64,000 nucleotides of DNA from Chrysomallon squamiferum (Eukaryota > Animalia > Mollusca): the NCBI GenBank assembly GCA_012295275.1, contig CM022669.1, positions 6,076,001 to 6,140,000 of the forward strand, written 5' to 3'. Below the pieces are notes generated by a model. The model was not told where the DNA came from. It did not search any database and saw only the letters and a list, made by a program, of their open reading frames with translations. The translations under genes were made by a program, and so were the position numbers. Below, piece after piece: positions 16,178 through 29,248 of the stretch (its first letter is position 1; the number at the start of each line of letters is the position of its first letter).

Positions 16178-16220
<43 letters not shown>

Positions 16221-17252
16221 TTAAAATATTAAAATATTACATTAAAAATGCTACCATTAAATGAACGGTTTAATTTGAATTTATAATCACAACAAGCAAA
16301 TGTGCAGGATGCCACTGAATGTTCAAATTAATACTGTGTTATTATCAGATCTCTTTCAGTCTAATACATTTTGTCATCTAATAATGAAATCACACGAATT
16401 AACTTAAGTTTTTACGTGGATTACGAAATGGTTTTCCTAAACATTCGCAATGAATTAACATAATTTCTTCTAATCTCTCGTTTACTTTTCTTTCTCTCTT
16501 CATTTATTCTCACTTTCCATGCTGGGGAGTCGTCGTTAACTATTCATTCTTTCTTTCCTTCTTTGCTTTCTTTCTTATTTCTTTAATTGTTTTTTTTTTT
16601 TTTTTTTATTGTTCTTTCTATTAGTACTTTCTAATTGTCTCCTTCTTCCTGCTATTTCTTTATCTTTATTATAATTTTTTTATAAATTATTTTTTTTTAT
16701 ATATTTTTTTTTATATATATTTATTTTCACTAGATTTCAAATATATATTTTTAAATATTTTATAAATGGCAGCTGTTCGGACTTCGAAGATGGCTAATTA
16801 GGCAGCGAAGCCCGAGGTTGTGCCGAGATAAGCTCCGCACTTAGAACTGCGTAAGAGTTCACTTGTTTTGTCTGTCGACCATTTTCAGTTTTCTGCGCTC
16901 TCTCAGCACTGCATCACTGGCATCTCCCAGTCGCGTCGCGCACTCTCGAAGAGTCGAATTAACAATGTCAGCTGTCAGTCTTCAAATCGCTCTTCGATTA
17001 AATGCTAATCGACCTTACACTTGTCAGAATTTTCGTTAGGCATTGTTGACGTACAAGTCGCTCAGACCTCGTCGTGTGCGTGGGTTGCGTATTGTGTATT
17101 GTGTGTGTGTGTGTGTGTGTTTTTTGTGTGTGTGTGTGTGAGTATGCTTACTTGTTTGTGTTTATGTACGTATGTATGCATGCGTGTGTTATGTGTTCGT
17201 GTGTATGCATTTTTGTATGTATTTGTATGTGTATGTATGTATGTAGTTCTTT

Positions 17253-17309
<57 letters not shown>

Positions 17310-17360
17310 TTATGTGTGTAAGTATGTGTCTTGTCGTCCAACTGTGTGTGTATGTGTCTT

Positions 17361-17470
<110 letters not shown>

Positions 17471-17811
17471 GAGAGTGATTCTTTCTCTTTTTCTAATTGT
17501 GCAGAGTCCAAAACGGGAAATAGTACGAGATATAGTAGGATATTTCTGTGTGCACCTGTTAAAACTTGTGTACAAACACGAGTTACTGTTCTGAACAGCT
17601 GTTATTGATATTACTGTCAGCGTTCATTATCTTTATGTTTCTCAAACGTTTCTCGTCAACAGACAACTTGTTTGTTTCTATTCTAACACACTCACTACTT
17701 CACACCTGTAGTGTAAGTTATAATAAACACACACACACACACGCACGCACACAAAGACACACACACACACATACATATAGTTACATATACATACATACAT
17801 AGATATATAAT

Positions 17812-17846
<35 letters not shown>

Positions 17847-19002
17847 CGTATACACACAGACACACACACACACACACACACTCATTCACATACGAATACA
17901 TACATGTATTCGTATATATTCATGTTGTTTATCTAACATAGTTAAACTGAATGTACTCTAACTGGGTGTGTGTGAGTTCGGGTACTGAGGGTTTAAGGAT
18001 CGATACTTGTCAGTGATAATTCTGAAACTTAATTTGATGTTATCTTTGATAATCTGTGAAAGCGTTGAAAAGACAACAACTATTGATTTCCTATTCAGCT
18101 CTTTGAATTTAATATTATTAAGCGTTATTGCGTAAGATAAAAAAAAAAAATGAAGAAGAATAAATGAAATTTCTGCAGACCCTTTGGCTACTCAACACAT
18201 GTTGCTTCCTTTCTTCTTCTTCTTCTTCTTCTTCTTTTCTTGTTTTTGTTGTTGATGTTGTTGTTTTAGTTGGCCTTTTTTGTTATTATTTTATTGTTGT
18301 TATTGTTGTTGCTGCTGCTTCTGCTGCTTTATTTTTATTTTGTTTTTTTATTTGCTTGTTTTTTTTTTACAATCATGATGATGATCATCATCATTTTTAT
18401 TTTTATTTTTTTTTTTTATTCATTCTTTCATTCATTCTATATTTAATGTTTTCATATATATCTGAATGTCTGTTTTGCGTCAGTGTAAGAGATGAACCAC
18501 AGATGTCATTACGTCATCTACTTTAAAAACTTTCTGCATTTTAATTTCCATTGAACTTGACAGTGACCTGGAGCACAGACAAGAACGGGAAAACTCTGAG
18601 GATTTTGGGACACTAAGTCGGATTGACACATATTGCTGTGACGTTCTAATTCTGAGCTGAAATCTGCTTGTCACCTCTTTGTGAGAGATCGATTCAATAA
18701 TCTTTTACAGCTGTTTCAAACTGTTTTCAGTCTAATATCAGCTTTCACAAAGACCTGTAACTGATCAAGAATCTACGTCATCAGTGGTCGAGTTTTGACG
18801 TAACCTCTGGTTTCGATTGTTACTGCTGCTGAAATTTAGTTTACTGACCTCGTTCTTAATAATAATACGTATTATTATACGTATGTATATATATATATAT
18901 ATATATATACACACAAATACACATACATGCACGCATACAACATACATATATATACATACATAATTATCATCACCATCATCATCATCAACATCATCATCAT
19001 CC

Positions 19003-19054
<52 letters not shown>

Positions 19055-20394
19055 CTCAAAAGTATCTCTATTTTTTCCGTTATGTCACGTGTTTCAAGTA
19101 TTCACAGATTTAATTATATTTTCACAAATTTGACTGATACGTGTACAACATTCCAAACAAGTTTAAAATGAGAATCACGCAACAAAAGTGTGGTATTTGT
19201 GAACGTTTACAATCCACTTTATTTCATCAGCTGATAATGAAATTAGTAAGAGTGACTGGCATTTCGAACATACTCATACACATATGCGCTGATATGAAGT
19301 GCATTTCATTTTGCAAAGAGAATATACGATTCTTTGCTAATGGATTTAGTTAGAGAGAGAGAGAGAGAGACAGAGTGTAAGATTCAAATCTATTCATATG
19401 TCTAAAGGTAGAAGATGAAACGGATTTAAACATTCTTTGAACAAACTGCCTCTTAGAGCCCAACATCCTCAAAGAACGAGATTCTTTTGCTGCAAAGCCA
19501 AATTATGTTACAGCTTGTCTGTTAGAATTTCTGTTGCCCTCATCTTCCCTGTAAAAACATGCGAAAAAGTATTTTTTTTTTTGTTTTAAATCTAATTTTA
19601 AAGTTAGTTGTTTTCTAGTTTCTTTTCAAAGCTTGTCAAAGAGAATCACTCCTAAAACATGACTTTCTCATTTAAAAAAATTACACCGAGTGCTAGGAAA
19701 GTCGAATACGACAATAAATAACTTGTATTACTCGATGCATCGTTCAAGCGTATTAAGATATAACTAAAATACGTCATAAATCTCCTTTGACGTCAGTTGT
19801 TGCTATTGATACATAAAGTTAAAATACCCGAACAATCGGCAAGAATGCAGCGATGACTATTTATCATATACATACAGTATAAATTTATGACGTCATAAAA
19901 CAAAATGATGTCATTTCATTAAAATTAAAATATTAATAATGTTTTTTTTTTTTTTTTTTTTAAATACTCATGTGTTCTTAAATAATACTGATTTACTTCG
20001 AGACAGGCAGGCTAGGTTCTAGACAAATCTAACCCAATTCCTTTTACCCTTTTCCCATTAAGTCTTATTTTATTCAGCTCCAGTATATGATACACGATAT
20101 AGTCAATATCTATAAAGATGACAAACACACAACACTTGTGTAATCATAGAAAACGATGATTAGACTCCCTTTTGATCAATTATATTTTATTAATAATATA
20201 TAGATAGTATATATTACAACATTATGCAAATAAGAACTAAACTGATTAGATTGTGTGTTTACTGTACTCTGGTCTGTTGTCTTAAATTAGCAGTGACTGA
20301 GGTGAATGTTTTGTAGGTCTTCATATTTTTTATGGCGATTGTACTTTACAGGCGTAGTTTACACAGAGAAGGAGTTTTATTTATTTAACTGTTT

Positions 20395-20425
<31 letters not shown>

Positions 20426-21567
20426 GATCTATCTTTTTATCTATCTATCTATTTTTTCCTTTTATTTCCTTATCTATTTATTTATGTATTTATTTATTTA
20501 TCGTCGTCGTTGTTGTAGTACTTGTTGTTGTTTGTTGGGGTTTTGTTTGTTTGTATGAATTGGAAACTTCTAGCTTTGAACACTTTGTCTGGAGAAGTTT
20601 TCTTCGGAGGGCCACATGCCGTAGAAACGTATTTGTCCAGAAGATGCTTGTCCGGAAATACTTTCCTCCTGACTGTCTTGTTCCTTGGAATACGTCTCCA
20701 GAAAGCAGTCATCCGAAGCCTCACTGGGTTAGAATCAAATAATATAAAGTATAAAATGTTTTGAAATACATTCAAAATGTTCTGTGTTTTATCCCGAACT
20801 CGGCAGATACCAATAACCAGAGTCATTTCCACTCTTGGCGACCTTTAACCCTAACAATATAGTTCATTTTTTGACGGTTACATTTCAGTAAGATTTTGGT
20901 GAAAAAAAAAGAAAAAAAAAAGAAAAAAAACATTTAATAGTACTTTGCACTTTTCTAAGTCAGTTTAATTCAAGTTTTTGAAAGAAATAATAATGACTAG
21001 ATTCATAGCAGATCATGTAACTAACAATTATAGTGTTAGAGAAGTAGTAGTAGTAGTTGTTGTTCTTGTTTTGTAAAAATGGTAACAGTGCTAGTAATAG
21101 TAGTAGTAAAATAGCAGTAGTAGTGGTAATAATAGTAGTAGAAGTTGTAGTAATGACAACAGCAGCTGAAGCAGTAGCAGTAGTTGTTGTTGTTGTTGCA
21201 GCTGCAGCAGATGAAATATTAAAGTTCAAACTGAACTGATGTGGAAACAACAAAAGAAAGAAATAAAAAGAAGAAAGCAAGAAAACAAAATTTAGAAAAC
21301 AAGACAAAATGAAAATACTAAAAGCAGATCAATCAAGACACTAAATAAAAAAAAAAAAAATGAAACATTTAATAAGCAGAAATCAAAATGATTTATAAAA
21401 ATCAATGATCGATTGCATGTTAAGGCAGACAATAAATTTTTACAATGAATAAAACTAACTTTCAGCTTTCCAACTTATTGTGTCGTTGATCAAAGATACC
21501 AAATTCAAGAAGAAACAGTTCGTTTAATTTACTTTTATGTTTTTGTTTACAGTAATTTTTGTATTAG

Positions 21568-21652
<85 letters not shown>

Positions 21653-22890
21653 GATAGAACATATAATTGTTAAATAATACCCAATAATCTTAGTATTATA
21701 AAACAACAGGATATAATACCATAATGATAAAGATATTATCATCATCATCATCATCTTCATCATCATCATTATTATCATTATTGCTGTCGTTGTTTTTGTT
21801 GTTGCTGCTGCTTTTGCTGCTGTTGTTCTTGCTGATATTATGATCATTATCATTACCATTCTCATCATTATTATCATCATCACCGGTTCTTACAGATATT
21901 TTGTAATTTATTTTCACCTAAATTTCGTGTCATCGAGAAAATTCATTTCTTATTCGCTGAGTGCTTTCTCTTTCTGAAAGACTGTATCCGGCTTTGTCTC
22001 TGACAGCAGCTGGTCCTCCGTTTATTTTCCCCATATTGTTAAAGAATCAACGCATCGCGGCACTAAAAGGGTAAAAATCTTAAAACAGAATTGTGTGGGT
22101 TCGTACGTAGATCTGACGTAACAGGTTAACAGATACTGCGCGCAACCTAATACGGGGCGATTAAACAAAATAACGCTCGAAACTATTTCTGGATTGATGT
22201 TGAGTCACAGTGAAAACAGGACATGTCACTTACTTTCGAGAAAAAGATTACGATAAACAGTTCGGTTAATGTGTTTGTATTTTGGTTTTAATGTGTTACA
22301 TGTTTAATGCTATTCGATGTCAAGACTGCGTCACGAATTAAATCATTATTATTTATCATTTTAAGTAATTAAATTAGGAATAGCAATAGTAGCTTGTAGG
22401 TGAATTTATTAAGGTAGTAACAACAACAAGAACAACAGCAATAATAATAACAATAAGATTAATAATAATAATATCATTCGTGTTATTACTATTATTGTAA
22501 ATATTATTATTATTATTATTATTGTTATTACGTATCGATTTTGTCTCGTATATCCATGTCATCATGCCTGCATGCAAAGCACACGTGTATCTGTACATGC
22601 ACGCCTCCGTGCATCCACCATCTGTGCCATCCGTTCATTTCTACATGAGAACACCCACCACAAACAGCTTTGTGTGAAAAATATCATCTATTACAATAAT
22701 CTCAGATTTTTTGAAGCTTAAGTGTCGGTGTATTTTTTACGTATTTTCAAAAAAAAAACAAATTGTGAAATCTAATTATGTTTGCACTCTTCCTTCGACA
22801 GTATTTATTATTATCTAAATTACATATTATTATTATTTTTTTTTTTTTTTTGTGTGTGTGTTTTTAATTATAATTATTATTATTACTTTG

Positions 22891-22926
<36 letters not shown>

Positions 22927-23178
22927 ACAAACATTTTGTTGGAAAATTGGCAAGAAAAATTACCTCTTTTTTCTACTTCTCTCAAAAAAAAAAAAAAAAA
23001 AAATTGAGTTTAGATTGCATCATTCAATAACGTGCCTTTTTAATCAAATAGCTGTCAGAAAAATCTAATTTCTTGTCACTTAGAAACGTGTGTAAAACAT
23101 TTGAACTTAAAGTAAATAGCTTAGGGAATTAAAAAAAATACCAAATGAAAGCGATAAAGAAAAAAGAAGCAATATATG

Positions 23179-23225
<47 letters not shown>

Positions 23226-23381
23226 TTGTGTCTGTAGAAGTAAGCTTAAGATATGAAGGAAGGAAAGAATGAAGAAAAGGAAACAAAGTAAGAAAGAAAA
23301 GAACAAAATAATAAAGTTCGAAATGTAAATGAAAAGGTAGAAAATAAAGAAACACAGACTGGAAAACAGTAACAGAAAGAA

Positions 23382-23479
<98 letters not shown>

Positions 23480-24239
23480 TTAAGTAGAAAAAGGTGGTGA
23501 ATCAATTTATAACTCGCAACTACAGAATTAAACAAATAAAGTTCAGAACGGTATCAATTTAAATTACATTCCGAAATCGTACTTTTTAGAAGTCTGAGCC
23601 GCCAAAACTTTCATCATAGATATTCGTTACTCCCTAAACGAAATTTGGTGAAACCCTGTAAATACAGTAACTAAATTCTATTGAATTTCGTTGCAGTTAA
23701 TCCATGTTTTATTGCTCGTGCGTCTTTGTTATACTTTTTGTCAAGAACGTGAGACAGAATTCTCTCAACGTATAGGACGAGGGAATACTTTAATGCGAGA
23801 AGGTTTTCCAGTAGACCAGGAGAAATCGCGTAATCCAAATTTTCAAAGAGAGAGCTTTGTTTAACGAGATTTTTCATAGTGCAAGCGTTCTGATGACCAA
23901 CTTTCTCGATATCGTCGAAGTCAGCAAGTACTACTACTACTGCTACTACTACTACTACGGCAACGATTACGAAGTCTTCGTTCGCGCCGTGTTTGTTTTA
24001 CACATCAGTAGAAATATTTTGTGTTTACGAAAGTAAATGAAATGATATTTTTAACAAAAATCATATGTACCAGAAAATCAAAACAAACATTTTACATTTA
24101 CGACCGTTTAAATAATAATAATAAAAATAAATAAATAAAAAATAAATAAATAAAAAAAATAATTAAAAAAAATTTCCCGGTCTTCAGATTAGTCCTGGTA
24201 ACCAGTTAGACTTTATATTAATTTTATTCTCAGCCTCTT

Positions 24240-24715
24240 TTCGTTCATTCTCCCTCGTCTTCCATTCATAATAATTATTTGCTTTTTTATTATTATTATT
24301 CATCTATCACATCATCTTACATTCACTGTTATTATAGACTCTTATATCTTTCATTCACACTTATAATAAATATATTTCTTCTTCAATCATTTAGCTATTA
24401 CAGTTACTTCTTTCATTTAGCTGTTATCAATTCCTTCTTATTTCATTCAGCTATTATCAGTTCTTTCTTCTTTCTTCTTTCATTCATAATTGTTATCACC
24501 TCTTTTCACTCAGACATATAACTCATCCTTCATTAATTCATTCATAATTACTATCAATTTTACTTTCATTTAATCACTATTAACATCGATTCCTCCTTCT
24601 TTCAGTCACAAAACAATGTCCACTCGTCCTTCATTCATTCATAATTAATATGGATTCGTCCTTCTCTCATTCACATCCATGATCAGCTCCTCCACCTTCT
24701 TTCATTCACAAAAAT
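24240..24715. repeat. Degenerate ~30-bp pyrimidine-rich tandem array
   Basis: Recurrent TTCTTTCATTCA..TAATTA/TTATCA motif. Confidence 0.6.
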
Positions 24716-25854
24716 ATTCTTAAAAAAAAAAAAAAATCGTGTCTCTCGTGCAGACTGTTTTTACGCGCGGGTTACACGTCATAACGGTCGTGCTCGAGCT
24801 TTCAGCAAACTCGACAGTTTTTGTCTCGTCTGCAATCAATATCCGCACTGCAACAGGCTGTTTTATTGTTACGTAGAGAATCTGCGCGTGCCGCTTTTTT
24901 TTTTCTTCTGCTTCTTCTGTTTTTTATTTTCCCCTCTCTGGGCGGAGTGAACCGTTCTTGCAGTGTCTGTCAGTGGATTTTACCGATCATACGCAGCGAG
25001 CTATGCAGTCGAGACTTTTAACATTCAGGTGCCAAAGTCGATATCAATCTAACAAGTTTGTTAGCATGAGACGGAATTAATGGACACGAAGATTCGTTCG
25101 TTGGATGTACGAATTAATAATAATCGTAATAAATAAACAAATAGGCGTGAGTTCGTAACTGTTATTGAACGTATTACTGACGAATTCAGGTGTGTGTGTT
25201 TTTTTTGTGTGTTTTTTTTAATGAAGTGCTGTACGTGAATTGACAAGTGTTCTAAGCCCTTGGAGACAGCAGAAGCAACAACAACAACAACAACAATAAT
25301 AATAATAATAAAAAAATAAAATAACAAGAAGAAAAAGTGTAAAGAATATCGTGTACTAAGGTTTCTGTGGAACGGATTGTGAAAGAAGGATTCAGTTAGA
25401 GGAGACGACTGTAAGAAGGTAATAATAAATCGTGAGTCGTATCTCGCTTGTAAGAAACAATAAACCATGTTAAACCACTGCTAAGTTAACGCGCTGACAA
25501 CTTGCGCTCAGCACGTCATTGTCGCAAGAGTTACGACTTGGTTAATAGAGACTGACGTGCATGCGGACTGAATGACATATGGACAGAGAAAGAGATAAAC
25601 AAGAAAACTGGACAGGTAGGTTAATAAATATGATATTAAAGATAGGGCAGGACTTTTTTGGTAGGAAGGGTGGGGTCGTTGGTAGGGAGGTCGGGTAGTT
25701 GTTAGGTAGGAATTTCGATGGGTAGATAAGCTGGAATATAGGACGATGCAGGTAGGTAGTTAGATCTATGTAGTTAAGTAATAGGTAGGTATGTGTTTAC
25801 TATATATAATTTGTAGGTATGTATGTATGTGTGTGTTTTTGTGTTTTGTGTGTA

Positions 25855-25892
<38 letters not shown>

Positions 25893-26958
25893 TGTATAAA
25901 TTTATACACGTATGAATGGATGGATCATTTTTTTGTTTATTCATTATATATTTATTCATTTATTCATTCAGTTAGTTAATTCGTTCATCCATTCATATTT
26001 TTCATTCGGCCAAATGGTCATCCATCCATCTATTATTTATTTACCATTTACTTATCTAACCTTTCACCCGTCTGTTATTTGGTTCTATCTAATGATCTTT
26101 CTGTCTGTCTGTATGTATGTTCAAACATTATAAACAGCGGACAAAATATGATGACTTGATAAATCTCTATATCTTGTTTGACAAAAATAAAGCTATTTTT
26201 ACTTCAATAACTTACTTACATACATATTGTTCAAAGTTAGTCTAGATCTTACAACAACCTTTATGAAAATAGTGTTTATTTATAAAATTATAAATTGTTG
26301 TTAATTAATAACAATTTAGATTAGATGAATAGTTTTTTTTTTGTAGGCAAAAGCTAAATCTGTGTACGTTAATGTGTTACTCTCAAGAGTGGTGAGTTGA
26401 CATATAACAAAGATAATTTCATTTAGTTTCTGTTTGATTTAGCACTGCAAAACAAAATAAATAAATACATGGTTACCATCTTTACCTGGCTCAGGTTGAA
26501 TGGTGAGTGCAGCTCGACAGAGCCTCGCTGCATTCGCTATTCTAATCTTTGCAGAATAAAGCTGATATGTATATATTATGTATGTTTGTGTTTTTCTATC
26601 AGTCAGTTTATACATTTTCTATTTTCTATTTTTTATCTGTATTTGTCAATCATTTTTTTTATATATAAATATTTTTTTTTTTTTTATCTTTCATCTACAT
26701 ATAAGTTGTTAAAAGAAACCCTGTAAATTGTTCTGTTCATCTGCATGTATTTGTTTATGCGTGCTAGCGTGTGTTTGTGTCTCTGTGTGTGTGTACTTTT
26801 GAATGCGTATGTATGTTTTGTTATATGTATGCAAATAATGTTCAATAGATGAAAGCTGATATCAACAGGCAAATGTTGCGATATCCAAGATAATCGTTTA
26901 GGAAAGAAAATCGAATTGGAATTGGTCTCTTTATTCGCTGATTTAATTATTTGTAAAT

Positions 26959-27026
26959 TGATTGGCTAACGGAATAACGTGACAGCCAATAGCATTGTAG
27001 AGTACATCACTGGGGCTGTATAAAAA
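26959..27026 (+). promoter_or_regulatory. Candidate core promoter of the receptor gene (paired CCAAT boxes + TATA)
   Basis: TGATTGGCT (26959-26967, reverse NF-Y consensus AGCCAATCA), AGCCAATAG (26984-26992) and TATAAAAA (27019-27026). Downstream there is a plausible donor GAG|GTAAAA at 27119/27120 and acceptor ttattttcag| at 27250. Confidence 0.5.
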
Positions 27027-27119
27027 CAGAATTAAATCAAACAACAGGTGTCTTCTGTTGCTTTCGCTTTTATTTCTACACTGACTTTAATATTTTAGCA
27101 AAATGAACGATTTGACGAG

Positions 27120-27250
27120 GTAAAAATTAATTTATAAGTCTCTTTAACATTTAACTTCAGCAGAAAGTTCAAAAAAAATATATATAATTTTTAAAATTAA
27201 AAAAGATATGTATTCTTAATATGAATATTGATAATTGTTTTTATTTTCAG
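27120..27250 (+). other. Putative 131-nt 5'UTR intron of the receptor gene
   Basis: GT at 27120 and a strong polypyrimidine acceptor tgtttttattttcag ending at 27250, enclosing very AT-rich sequence. The acceptor is better supported than the donor. Confidence 0.45.
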
Positions 27251-27554
27251 GATATTTCTAAAAATTAAGATCAATAATTTGCGAATTTTAATTTGTAAAA
27301 ACATTCCCAGAGTAGACTAAACTGCTGATGTAATTTCAGTGAAGACTCAAGATTGGTTTCCTGAATTCCTCTCAGCTTTTAAACACGGTGAAAATACACG
27401 CTTTGGTCAGACATTCCTGCTGTGAACAGAAGTGCATACAGACGTACGTAGATGTACAGAGTGAGAGATGTGCGGACTGCTCACAGAGTCACGCACACGG
27501 ACACTGGGAGATGTTTACGTGTGCACGCTGTGAGAGATCTGTGAACTAAAGGAG

Positions 27555-28103
27555 ATGCGTGCTAACGACACATTCATAAACTTCGTACTCGCAATGGCAA
27601 CCAGCTCGTCATCAACCACCACCACCACCACCACGCCTTTGTCCACGTCGAGTCCGAACATCACCGTCACCCTCCCCAACGAGATGGTCTTCACCGACGA
27701 CACCCTGGTCTCTGTCATCGCCTACTGCTGCCTCTTTGTCGTTGCCGCAGCCGGCAACCTGACGGTCTTCATCACCCTGTTCCGCAACCGCGGCTTCCGC
27801 TCGCGCATCAACACGTTCATCATGCACCTCGCCATCGCGGACCTCATCGTGGCGTTCATCATGCTGCCGCTGGAGACGATATGGCACATTACGGTGTCGT
27901 GGGACGCCGGCGACCTCATGTGCCGCGTGATGATGTTCTGGCGTGCTTTCGGTTTCTACCTGTCTTCGTTCGTTCTCATCACGATTTCTCTGGATCGCTA
28001 CTATTCCATCGTGCACCCGCTCAGCATCTTCGACACCCCGAGGCGAGCGAGGATTATGTTGGCCATAGCCTGGATGATGAGCATCACTGCCAGCTTACCA
28101 CAG
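27555..28103 (+). CDS. AKHR: First coding exon (N-terminus to TM4, 183 codons) of a rhodopsin-class GnRH/adipokinetic hormone (AKH)-type neuropeptide receptor; the rest of the gene lies outside the window
   Basis: TM1 GNLTVFITLFRNR, TM2 HLAIADLIVAFIMLPLE, ECL1 WHITVSWDAGDLMCR, TM3 YLSSFVLITISLDRY, HPL, TM4 MLAIAW..ASLPQ. Consensus donor CAG|GTGAGT at 28103/28104 in phase 0 after PQ, the intron position conserved in the GnRH-receptor family. By recollection the residues match molluscan AKH/GnRH-type rather than corazonin-type receptors. The start could instead be the stronger-context ATG at 27594 (GCAATGG). Confidence 0.93.
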
Positions 28104-28847
28104 GTGAGTGCAGGTGTCGTGTTTTCGTTTTTTGTTCGTTTTTTAATCACTCCAGAGTTCAACGGTTGCGGGATGTTTTTGTGTTTTGTTTTTTCCTTTC
28201 AAGATACGTTTTACACGCGGTGTTTCACAACAGTTGAATTCAGTTCAGGTATTGTGTTGTGTTAAACACGTGTTTACGTTTTCAGTGGGGGTTTTTTCCA
28301 CAGTAAATTCAACTGATGTGTTTTTAAGTATAATTATTGTTTCACGTGTTGTTTTGTGTGTTTTTTTTTTTTTTTTGTGTGTGTTTTTGTTTTAGGGTTT
28401 TTTTGTTGTTGTTTTTTGTTTCCAGGATAGTCTTTTCACTATGTTTTGCTACGGTTGAATTCAGGTTTTGTTTTATTAAACAAATATTAGTGTTTTGTGT
28501 TTTTTACAATTTACATTATTGTTGTGTGTTTGTGTGTTTTGGCAACAACTGAGTTCGGTTGTTTTACCATATCAAAGAGAAAGTGACGTATGCTGTATCT
28601 TTGATGGTTTCATATTTCATGATTTTTGTTTTTTGTTTTTTTTGTTTTGTTATTATTATGATTTCTTTTTTTTATCCTATTGTTTTATCTATCTGTCCTT
28701 CTGTCTATTTAGCTTTCTTTTTCCCTCTGTTTATCTCTCTATTGTACTATACATCTATTTACGTATATCTGTCTATCCATTTATCTTTTTGCCTATCTGT
28801 TTCTTTTTCCTTGTAACTTTCTTCTACCTATCAGTCTGTCTTTGTAT

Positions 28848-28881
<34 letters not shown>

Positions 28882-29081
28882 TTATATATATTTCAGTCTG
28901 TCTGTCTGTCTTTCTAGTTTTCTATCTATTTATGTTATTATTGATATGTGTGTCTGTCAGACAGTCTTCCTATGTATCTCTTTGTCTACATATGTAATAT
29001 ATCTGTCTATTTTTCTATCATTCTTTTTGTCACATAATATTTTTAAATCTCAGTTCTGTTACACTGTCTGATTTTTCTTTC

Positions 29082-29123
<42 letters not shown>

Positions 29124-29181
29124 TGTTCTTTTTCTTTTTTTTTTTTCGCTTTCATCTCTCATTTTTTTAGTGTAGCACCCA

Positions 29182-29248
<67 letters not shown>

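Noticed and set aside
17940-18020. Possible SINE heads (GGATCGATAC B-box-like; also 56735-56750 and minus-strand 61950-62025)
   Set aside because: Too degenerate to call; no convincing paired A box or body.
25668-25695. G-quadruplex motif upstream of the receptor
   Set aside because: It sits within a decayed (GTAG)n repeat and has a long loop; no evidence of function.
27612-28016. Antisense ORFs (134 aa, 65 aa) and the shifted-frame 118-aa ORF over the receptor exon
   Set aside because: Shadow ORFs expected from GC-rich codon usage, with no recognisable motif.
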